From NCBI GenBank assembly GCA_037379345.1, contig CM074511.1:8308001-8372000 (forward strand): 64,000 nt of DNA, given 5' to 3'. Shown piece by piece: positions 13,796-24,359 of this stretch. The notes under the pieces are model-generated. The model did not search any database. It was not told the origin of the DNA and was given only the letters and a program-made list of their open reading frames with translations. The translations under genes were made by a program, and so were the position numbers. Each line of letters begins with the position of its first letter. Positions within the stretch are counted from its first letter, which is position 1. Origin of the DNA: Perna viridis (lineage: Eukaryota).

Positions 13796-14463
13796 TACGG
13801 GGCGCTGAATGGGAGTTTTGTGGTTTTGTACTAAAAATTCAATTTTGAACAGACAAAAGTGAATTTTGTTCGACAAAAATGACTTCCGATTAACAAAATT
13901 TATAACATACTACAAATTTTCAATTTTGTTTCATAAAAGTCAATTCTGTGTCACAAAGTTCAATTTAGTGACACAAAATTCAGTCTACTTTGTGTCACAA
14001 AATTCAATTTTCAAAATTAAATTTTTCTCAAAAGTCAATTTTGTATGCGAATAAGTTTACAGATTTTTTTGGAAATGCAAATGAATTGTCTCATCACGAT
14101 TTGTGAGAAAGTTTCTCATTGGATATAGTGATTGCTACGGGGCGCCGAATGGGACTCTTGTGGTTTTGTACTCATAATTCAATATTGTACAGACAAAGGT
14201 GAATTTTGTTCAACAAAAATGAATTCTGATTAACAAAAATTATAATATAATACAAATTTTCAATTTTGTATCACATAATAGTCTTTTGTCTCACAAAATT
14301 TAATTTAATAAATTTCGTCATTACAAAATAAAGTGATCCTAAAACAAGTCTGTGTAACATTGTTTTGTTCCACAAAAATGACTTTGTTATGACGAAATTT
14401 AATTTTGTGTACACAAAATTGTTTTTGATTACAAAAAGATCAAGTCCCACTCGGCGCCCCGTA
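13796..14463. mobile_element. Composite MITE with two left ends, one right end and internal ~21-bp repeats
   Basis: tacggggcgc(c/t)gaatggga at 13796 and 14136, inverse agtcccactcggcgccccgta ending 14463, acacc on both outer flanks. Confidence 0.8.
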
Positions 14464-15639
14464 ACACCTGTATAGTGTCGATACTCTCTCAAGGGAATGA
14501 AGGTAAGATGTAGGTAAGTTATAACATGTGATAAATCTATTTTATTCTGGTAGGTTATATAGTGCATATAAAAGAAATCAAAGGCGTGCAGCATAATTTC
14601 GGTTTAAACTTCTTCATAGCTCCATAGAGATTGTTTGCAAGTACAAATATCTGGAGTTGCCAGTTATTAACGTTATAATAAATTTCATTAATAATTAGTA
14701 ACACAATTACAATTAAATATATAATTACAAGATAGAACATACAAGCAAGAACATCATAATTCATAAAGGAAGACAGATTGCTGATGAGAGTCCATAGCAA
14801 GTCATACACATGGATACTTTTATCTATTTTATTCAATCTATTGCTTTATTACAAATGTAGGTTTGTGCAATTCCTGTGTATATCCAAGTACAAAATTAAG
14901 TTATCTATAGTATATCATATAATATATGAATAGTCTACCAATGGACCTTCAGTTTCATAATATGCAGATAATACTTAAAATAATTCATAAACGATATTCA
15001 ATATAATACCACCAAATATATTAGTGTGCAAGATTGTTTTTTAGTTTCAAGTAATAATTTTAATATAGGATGAGAAAATAATGTTTATTCGGATAAACAG
15101 AAAAAGAAATAAGATAGTTTGAGCAACTAAAATACTAGTAATCGAAAGAGTTAACTTGGAAAGAATGTCAAAACAGAAAGAAAACAAGTACTATCTATAA
15201 AAAGCGATAGCCGCTCAGAAAAATTTTACTTCGAAGTTTCTACATTTCTTTCAAGAAAATTAAACATAGCACGCAATTTAAAATTTTCGATAGTTTTTTA
15301 GAAAGCAATTTCAAATTTTCGATACCGTTTTATGAACGCCACTAAGTTAACAGTATTTGGCCAATCGGGGAAACAGAATTGCGATCAGGTGACTAGCGTT
15401 TCCATAGAAGAGCGTCCTTAAGGTCAAAGGGTAAAAAGCGAAACTATACCGACTGCGTAAAAAAAAAACAAAAACAAAAACTGAAGGAGCAATCAAAACT
15501 ATGTATCGTCGCATCCATTAACCATGAGCTTGAGTCGTCGCATCCATTAACCATGAGCTTTAAAGTTTAAATGTAATATGAAAACGATGTTGCATCTGGA
15601 AACAAAACTGTTTTGGTAAATCAGATCTACGGTAGATAA

Positions 15640-16280
15640 TGCATACTATTCAAATCGTTTTGAATCTGCTATACAATTGTGTACACTAGCTGTGATGACA
15701 ATATTATCATCTGGAGACAGGTTACTTGAACCACAAAGTAATATAGGTAAATCAACTATAATATTATCAAAGTTTCTAAGGTCATGAAATAATTTCATGC
15801 GCTGTCTGTCGTAGAGTGGACAAGCACAAAAATAGTAATACATGTAGTTACCTTCAATATCATAACCACATGCACAACTGGAGCTCTTAGACACGTGTGT
15901 CCTGTACAGGTATTCATTCAAATTGCTAACTTCATTACGAAGTTGGCAGTGTAAAATATTCAACTTTTGAGGACCTACCAAATAGTGACTGGCGGTTTCG
16001 TGAAATCACTTGAATGAAGACAGTGACGTCACATTTTGTATGTCCTTATCAAAGTTGTTCCATAGCTCAAAGGCATTAGGAAAGAAGCTAGTATTCTTAT
16101 ATGCCTTAGTATCATATCAGTAATATTAAAGAATCTCGGGTTCCTGAGAGGATAATTCTCACCAGTATTGACGAAAGATGTAACATACCCTGATAAGTAA
16201 CCCGGAAGGTACCCACCAAGGGATTTATTCACAAAAAAGCTTCTGCCTTTTGCGTCGTTCCCTTAGAAAGTCCCACCCTA
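15640..16280 (-). mobile_element. 3' end of a CR1-group LINE ORF2
   Basis: LHCQLRNEVSNLN..L....SSSCACG...YYFCACPLY..QR and upstream LGW...RRK; frameshifted. Confidence 0.75.
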
Positions 16281-17937
16281 TTATTATTTTTATAGTATAA
16301 CAAAACAGTTTCCCCATAGAAAGTAATTTAAGTCAGCGTGCAATCAATTTCCATATTGCACTAGTGCAAATATTATTATGACACGAAATAATACTAAGTT
16401 TCTATAATTAAAAAAAGAACGATAAAGAGGTTAATTTTCCATCTTCAAATGTAGGTGATGATAAGCGAGGTCAGATCTTCTGATCCTTCGTTTATCACCA
16501 TAGACTAAGTTCACCTCTATAATTAGAAAATTATCTTTGTGTGTGTAATTTCTTCACGTAGTTTACGCGATGCTCGTCTGGTAGAGTGATTTCCAAACTT
16601 GACTATATGCTTTGACAAACTTAATTAACCGCGTGTCAATTCGGAAGTGAGGAAGCACATTTATTCTTTCTTCATTTTGGTCTTCAAATAAGGATTAATT
16701 GTAAAATCAAGTATGATTCGGAGAAGTGGTATTCCTGGGCGGATCGGAGCGGCAGGTTCAACATCTGGGGCCATGTCAATGAAAGTATCCTAAGTATAAC
16801 TAAATGGTGGATATATTGAAAAGGGGTGCGATATATCTAATTTATGATATATGCGGATCATGGGTAAATTTAACTCGAATAATTCAAGCCCTCACCGTCA
16901 TCGATTTTCTCCGACTCACGAGTCAATGTAGCGTTCGATAGTGAGTGGAATATAACTACTGTATTATTCGGGTTAGGGTAAATTCTACAAAAATTAACAC
17001 TATTACGATTTTTTTTTGTCGTTAACGTATTATAGTATAGTTTAAACTTAATATCAATCTATGGTCAATTAAAGTCCATAGTTTTGATACACTTAAAAAA
17101 TCGAGCAGAGGTCCGCTAGATGACATGTGTTGCGTGAATCATGAGTAGTAAGGAAAGGAACCAAATTTTTTCAGAAAGTGCAATTCAAATTACTTACTGG
17201 AGTTAAGAATATTTCAACATAGTATCTAATGTTACTACTATTAAGTCGACTTCAATTAATTGAATATTTCCTTACTTTATCTAAATATATATATGATGTA
17301 TGTAAAAATTAGACTTCGTCATCATAATAATTTAGCCAATGAACATGGAATTTTATTTCTTATTTAAGTGGCATCTTGACTATTTAGTCTAAGACCTTGA
17401 AAAACGATTTTGCAATTCTCTTGAAAACTAAAGCAAAACTAAATCCATGTTTTAAAAAACGAAATTCTTTTAAGTGTCAACCTTTAATTGTTTATCATGG
17501 GATAGGGTTTTCATGTCTGATAAAATTAATGCATCTATTAATATACAAAATTTAACATTGATGCACTTCACATATTAATAAGGATAATATTTATTTTACA
17601 TTGGTCAACCAAACACTAAATTGATCGTGACAGAGTCTAGTAATCCAATTCGTCATTTACTAACTATAAAGTGCAGAAAGAAATTAATTGTCAATCTACA
17701 TTTATTGTGTTGATGATATATTCAGCTGAATGGGCACAATTCATTAAATAACACTATAACAATAAAGTTGAAAATGATAGCACTTTCCGTATATCCGTTA
17801 CATCATTCATATCCTGCATTATAAAGCTAGAACATTGTTGCTTCTTGGAGATAATTCGACTGTCTTTGTGGATATAAACCACTAAAATTCCCCAAAATCT
17901 TAACACAGGGTTAGCCAATCACTTGCCAACGTCTTGG

Positions 17938-19440
17938 TTATTGTGATCCATTCACAGCCAATATTCCATTTGAAGGACATTCTCTGGAAAATTTCACACC
18001 TGCTTCTGTGGACGAGATACGTAAGATCGTTCTAAAGGCTCCTAACAAATCGTGTGAAGTGGACCCTTTCCCAACATCATTAGTGAAATCATGTATTGAC
18101 AGTCTATCACAAGTCATAACTGATATAGTTATTAAGTCTTTAAGGGAGAGCATTGTACCAGATGATTTCAAGAGTGCTATTGTGCGACCTTTTTTGAAAA
18201 AGCCCGGCCTCGACAAAGATGTAATGAAAAACTATCGGCCAGTGTCCAATTTGCCGTTTGTGTCAAAAGTTTTAGAAAAAGTCGTTGAAAGTCGTTTTGA
18301 AAGTCACCTGTCATCGAATAATCTTTATGAACCTGTTCAATTGGCTTATCGAGCATACCACTCCACTGAAACAGCTCTACTGCGTGTGCACCATGACATT
18401 TCCGAGGCACTTGATATAAATTGTTGCGCTGTGCTAATCATGCTTGACCTATCGGCCGCGTTCTCCATCGACGCCTGGAACATTCTTTTGGAATATGTGG
18501 AACAGCTCTTAGTTGGTTGAATGCGTATCTTAGAGACAGAACTCAGGAAATAGCAATTGATGCTACACTTTCTGATGAGATCGAACTTGAGTATGGTGTT
18601 CCCCAGGGATCTGTTTTAGATCCAAACTATATTATATATTCTCAAAGCCGATAGGTGAAATGTGTAGACGGCATAACATGTGTCATCACTGCTACGTCGA
18701 TGATACGCAAGTATATCTATAAGAAAAATGAAGATAAGACCGAACTGATTATTTTCGTACCAAAACATAAAGCCAAAGACCTTTCGAACTGTAGTCTTCG
18801 TTTTGGAGGAAACATCGTTAGTAGTACTGATTGTGTTAAGAACTTAGGAGTCTACTTTGACAAAACACTCTCACAAAACAGATCAGTGCAATATCAAAAT
18901 CTTGCTTTCATCAGATTCGCAATATTGATCGTATTCGTCGTTACATCACAGAAGACGCATGTAACACTCTTGTTTGCTCGATGATAACATCAAGACTTGA
19001 TTGCGGGAATGTACTTTTATATGGACTCCCAAGTGGTGACATTTAAAGGCTACAACGAATTCAAAATACCGCAGCTAGAGTTATATTAAGGAAAAGGAAA
19101 TCAGATCATATCACTCCAGTGCTGAAATCTCTCCATTGGCTTCCTGTCTTACCGTTGTCAATTCAAGTTGTTGTTGTACGTTTTCAAAGCTCTTACAAGC
19201 AAAGCTCCGTTTTACATCCAAGAACTGATTAAAAATCTATTAACCGTCCAGATCGTTATCTCAATCTTTGTTAGAAACACCAACTGCCCGAATAAAGTCA
19301 TGCGGTGAAAGACGATTTGATAGATCTGCTGCCTTTCATGGAACGCTTTGCCAAATGATTTGCGGGACACAACAGTGAGTGTGGATATTTTTAAAAAGAG
19401 ACTAAAAACCCATCTTTTTAAGCAAGCATTTATGTGATAA
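17938..19440 (+). mobile_element. 5'-truncated L2/CR1-group LINE ORF2 (RT), decayed
   Basis: [91 protein letters not shown]; stops and frameshifts. Confidence 0.93.
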
Positions 19441-20304
19441 CTTGTATCTGTGGATTTGTGATATGACATATATTTTATTTTATTTATTTATTTTTTTTTT
19501 TTGAATGTTTCTAAATATTTATTACCATACTTGAATGTTTTCCATGTACGTTTAAAATTTTATTTTGGTTTATTTATTTTATATTCTTTTAATTTTCAAT
19601 ATATTTTTATACTCTGTACAAATTCCATTCCAATCAATTAGTTATTTTCCCTTTGTCAATTTCAATTTTATTTTATTTTTTATTATTTTTTTTTTTTGTC
19701 GTGTTATTTTTATTTTTGTAATTTGATGTACTTATATCTATTTTTATATATGCATGTTGTATACAGTGCTTTGAGTATATGTACTATAGATACAGCGCTT
19801 TATAAGAGATGTTATAATAATAATATGAGTGACGCTGACAATCAGCTGACTGTTCCTATACTTGGTTTAATTTTCGTTTTCGTTCTAACATTCATACTCA
19901 ATACTGGTATACCCGGTTTGCACTCATATGTGTTATACATGACGAACTGAGGTGTTTCTTAACGTCATTGGCTATCATTGGGATCTCTTACGGATGGCGT
20001 AAAGCATTAAAGCGTTTACACAGTCCCCGGGCATAGTCAAACTCGTGAATGTTGGTCTTTGTGTATTCGGGAAATTAGTTGTCATGTGATCACATTCATT
20101 CATTATATTCATTAAAATCAATGCATTATCACGTGATTTAGTTTCGATCGGTGACCTGTGATTCAATATATCATATGCACGCAATATACTGCGTTGTATA
20201 GCCTACAGCAGCATTTGCTGAATCTTTGACCCAGCAAAATACTTTTTGGGATAAAATCAACACTTTTCAGTGCACGGGAGACAGACATTGGTGCATGATT
20301 AGGC

Positions 20305-20564
20305 TGTGGACTAAGTCTATTACATGTTTAGTCTGCATACTTCGTTTTCGTTGTATCTTTATGGCATATTTCATTTCAAAAATATCATATGAAAATTAAA
20401 ATCCCTACCTACCGACCCTACAAAATTTTAGAATAGTGCTCGGAAACATAACATTATTTTTTCGGCCTTGGAAATTTCTCTGATATTTTTGAAATGAAAT
20501 AAGTCATATAGATACAATGAAAACGAAATATGCAAAAACTAAACATGTAATAGACTAGTCCACA
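20305..20564. mobile_element. Long-TIR (about 80 bp) MITE with an unrelated fragment in the middle
   Basis: gtggact..gtctattacatgtttag...tatttcatttcaaaaatatca pairs with tgatatttttgaaatgaaata...ctaaacatgtaatagactagtccac. Confidence 0.8.
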
Positions 20565-20999
20565 TCCATTCTAATTCTAATGAAGAGTAATTGACAGGCT
20601 TCATAGGGAATTGAAAATGGAGCATGTCAAAATCCCAAATTTGCCTATATATATACTTTATGGTTATAGTTGACCAATCATTATTAAATTTTGATATTTT
20701 ACTAACTACTAATTAATTATTGCTTCTATTTATTTTTTTAGTTTATGGCCCCTACCATTTTAAAATTAGGGCCATCCATGTAACTGACAGATACCACACT
20801 GTCGATTTCTGTTTTTAATCTAACAAAAACTGAGAGCCCAGAATTTTACCAAGCTAACCTACATAAAGTGAAATGCCCAATCCTTATTAACATGACATAA
20901 CTGTATTGATATCAGTAGATATTTAGTAACACATGTTAATATATATTTATAAACATGTGCATAATTCAATTATAATAATTGATTTCAGTAAATAGAGTA

Positions 21000-21228
21000 G
21001 TTTTCTGGACGATGCAAACATGCTCACCCTATCGGTGCACCTGGGCCATGCTCCCAGTTTTAACTGGAGTCCGAGTTTCTCATTTACTTTTGTTACTTTG
21101 TATGACTTGTATTATTTTAGTCACTTTATGTTCATTGTTGTGTCTGTCTGTTTTCCATGTCTGGTCTTTGTCCCTGGATAACATTCCTTTGATTTCCGCT
21201 AGAAGCTTGGTTCCATTGGTTACTCTTT
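21000..21228 (+). mobile_element. Naiad 3' UTR/pLTR fragment (diverged)
   Basis: ggtgcacctggg..catgctcccag..ggagtccgag..ttactcttt. Confidence 0.75.
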
Positions 21229-21658
21229 CAAGACAAAATATATGTATGTTCAAATTTGCTGTTTGGACAATACCAGTCTGTGTCCATACTTGCACCTCGG
21301 GCAATACCAGTCTGTGTCCACACTTGTTTTTTGTCAATATAAACCGAACCAATAAGGGAATGAAATTTTCTAAAGATTTAAATATCAAATCTAATCACAC
21401 ATGAAAAAACCCTGATGGGCATAAAAGTAGGCTAATAACAAATAATTCATGTAAGTCAATCACCGAGTAAGGGTATAACTGGCATAGTTTTACTAATAAT
21501 TTTATACTTAGAAATTAAGGGCTGCATGAGGAAAGTGATTAATACGAGAAATGCAAACTACCTGTTTTGGAATTTAAAATTTGGCAAATATTTACGTTTA
21601 CATTTGAGTGATGAATATTATATTATGTTATATATTTGTAAAATTTACGAAACTTAGC

Positions 21659-22092
21659 TAGGTCTCACTAACCACTTTCGGGTCAAATCGTCACCCCCTA
21701 TGTAGGACCAAAAAACACACTGAACATAGATCTATGTATTGTAAGTGCATTATTCGTGTGTATTCTGATCAAAAGTAGTCAAAATAAAGCTGATATTGTG
21801 TTCTTTAAAATCATATTTGTAATTTACTACAAAAGTGTATGAAAATTGTTTACAAGCAGAAGAGGTAAAAATGTGGATTTTTAGTATTATTTATTCAAGT
21901 AAATTTTGTGAAGAATTTCTACGATCATTGTAGCATTAGTACAATGTTTTTGAAAGCCTTGTTTTCTAAGCTTCGTAATGGTATGCACCTTTAAGATGTC
22001 ATTTGTTCTGGGAATTCGCAGTGAAACTTTGAAAATTACTTTTTTTAACCTTTTAAAGTAATGGAAACGTTAGAAGTGGTTAGTGAGACCTA
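21659..22092. mobile_element. MITE with TIR TAGGTCTCACTAACCACTT
   Basis: Perfect 19-bp terminal inverted repeat. Confidence 0.85.
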
Positions 22093-22289
22093 TGAAGTAT
22101 AATTTTTAGAAGATTCAGAACGACAGGTTATAAACATCAAGCCTTTTATATTGGGCGATGTTAGCCGTTTCGGGCGTCACAGCAGCCTAGCCGCTGGAAG
22201 GGCTTACTCTGACCGATTCATTCGATCATGTATTCCGAAGTCTGATCATGAGCTCCTCTGGTTTTACCAACGCCGACCACGAGAGATTC

Positions 22290-22395
22290 TTTTTATAAGG
22301 AACTAAACTGTCCATGGCCAGTGCTCGATAACGATTAATACTAGCAGTCATTATCGAGCACTGCATGGTCAAGGGAGTCTAGTTCCTTATAAAAA
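22290..22395. repeat. Nested mini-palindromes
   Basis: Outer 16-bp IR tttttataaggaacta/tagttccttataaaaa; inner IR cagtgctcgataa/ttatcgagcactg. Confidence 0.75.
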
Positions 22396-22646
22396 GTGTG
22401 AAATAAAAGGGAACTTTTCTGTCAACAATTTATTAGCTGGGAGAAAAGTAATACCCATACTCTAATAAAAAAAAATTAGCCGGAAATATTGAAAAATTCT
22501 ATAAGTTGTCATTTTTTATGTTTGAAAAGGATTCCTTCTTACATCAACCGACTGCATTCGATGGTGGAATACACTTTATCGTGTAACAATGATCACATGA
22601 TAGGATACTATTTGTCGATCATTTATGGTACAATTCATCGTTTCGA

Positions 22647-23960
22647 TTACTTATGATACCATTCGTCGATCACTATGAAATCGTTTTCACAACTATCAAC
22701 TTCGTCGATGTTATCTTGAAATTGTTCCTCGTTGTTGACATCAATACAAGAACGCGTGTTACCTACATAGTCCCTTATAAACGGTTTTGTCTCACATTTG
22801 ACGAACTCTTTATTCCAGTATTCAATGTCGGTTTTCCTCACTGTTGGTTCTTGTTTGAAGTTCGGTTCATTAATCTTACGCCTATGGCCATATCCACCAA
22901 ACGTCCCACATGGTTCACATTTTATACAGCGCATGTTTAATTTCTCATGTTTGACGACATTTCCTTGGTATCCAGTATCAATTGTTTCTGATTTGATAGC
23001 AACTTTTGTGAATTCGTAATCATCGACCGGCTCCGATTTTATCTTCTTTAAGTCATATTTCAACACTATATTGCTACTGTCAATACTCTTATTTTTGTTG
23101 TTGTCTAAGACATTTTTGAAAATGTTTTTCATTTTTGTCACCATATTTGCCGTGAGAGGGGTTTCACTATTGCACAAAGGAGGGTATAGTTTTCCTCTTT
23201 TTGGCGTTTCCTTTTGTTTATGAAAGGTTTTACTCTGAAGGATACTCTTAAAAGGGACCGAAACTCTATGGTCGCACGTTTCATATTTAAAAGACGAATA
23301 TAAAGCCAATGTTTCACTACACGAAGAAAGTCTAGCCTCTGCATAACACGTATTTAAAGCTGTATCAACACAAGTTGAAAGTGTAACATCAAAATAGAAC
23401 GATTTTCTTCTTTCGGTTGTTTCTTTTTCACGACGACTTTGTTGCTTTTGAGATTTAGAGCTTTGGCGGATTGAACAATCATTTTCAGCTTTACGACTTT
23501 GTTGTTTTTGAGATTTAGAGCTTTGGTGAACTGAACAATCATTTCCATCTTTACGATCTTTCACTATGTCCTTCTTCCATCCTTTCCTGGTATGATCACT
23601 ACATTGTTTACTTTTTCGTTGTTCCACTTTGCTATCAATGTTCTTTCTTATATTCTGTTTACATTGGAGATCCTTTATATGTGTACTGCGTTTCCTCTCC
23701 GTATCGACAATTTTGTGATTTCCATGTTCAGACGAGGAAATGACAGCACTATGTCTATTACTTGATTTTTTTATATACTTGCCGCTCCTGTCGTGTGAGA
23801 CATTCTCGTCACAATTTTCTTCTTTGCTGTATTGGTGTTCATGTAGTTGTTTGATCTTATCTGTCACAGTCGACAACTTGGCATCTGTACAATAGCCATT
23901 CTGTAGTACGGCCCTGTCGATAATGACGAGTACATGGATCTCAGTATATTTCTCAGCCAT
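22647..23960 (-). CDS. Intronless 437-aa hypothetical nuclear protein with SUMO-site cluster and terminal SIM
   Basis: 1314-nt uninterrupted ORF in AT-rich DNA. TATAAATA at 24007-24014, AATAAA at 22429-22434, and an in-frame 60-nt tandem duplication. Confidence 0.72.
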   Translation of the reverse strand: MAEKYTEIHVLVIIDRAVLQNGYCTDAKLSTVTDKIKQLHEHQYSKEENCDENVSHDRSGKYIKKSSNRHSAVISSSEHGNHKIVDTERKRSTHIKDLQCKQNIRKNIDSKVEQRKSKQCSDHTRKGWKKDIVKDRKDGNDCSVHQSSKSQKQQSRKAENDCSIRQSSKSQKQQSRREKETTERRKSFYFDVTLSTCVDTALNTCYAEARLSSCSETLALYSSFKYETCDHRVSVPFKSILQSKTFHKQKETPKRGKLYPPLCNSETPLTANMVTKMKNIFKNVLDNNKNKSIDSSNIVLKYDLKKIKSEPVDDYEFTKVAIKSETIDTGYQGNVVKHEKLNMRCIKCEPCGTFGGYGHRRKINEPNFKQEPTVRKTDIEYWNKEFVKCETKPFIRDYVGNTRSCIDVNNEEQFQDNIDEVDSCENDFIVIDEWYHK

Positions 23961-24006
23961 TAGTTATTCTGTTCGGACAGTCTATGTCTGTACTACTGAC
24001 ATGTAC

Positions 24007-24014
24007 TATTTATA
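24007..24014 (-). promoter_or_regulatory. TATA box upstream of the 437-aa ORF
   Basis: TATAAATA about 47 nt upstream of the ATG. Confidence 0.45.
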
Positions 24015-24359
24015 CATCATTACACTGTCTGTCCAAGTCTGTTACCAGGAAGCCGCCTGATCAATTATTACTAGGTGTCAATAACTCACAATGCAAGCTC
24101 TTGGCACTGTCATCATAGTGTCATTTCTTTTTGACAATACCATTAATTATCTAATGTAGTCGTTATTATGTGTTAATTAGTTTATGACATTAATTACTTC
24201 CTGGATAAATTATTAAGTTGACCCGACGCCGCGATAACATCTTCTCGTTAATTAACTACAAGATAGTGCTAACTAACTAAGGGGGTTTTTAACGTCCTTG
24301 ACTACCCTGTCGGGTCTCGCACGGACGGTTCACAGGTGCTTGCTATCAAATATATATAA

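Noticed and set aside
15506-15560. 29-bp direct duplication
   Set aside because: Ordinary slippage duplication.
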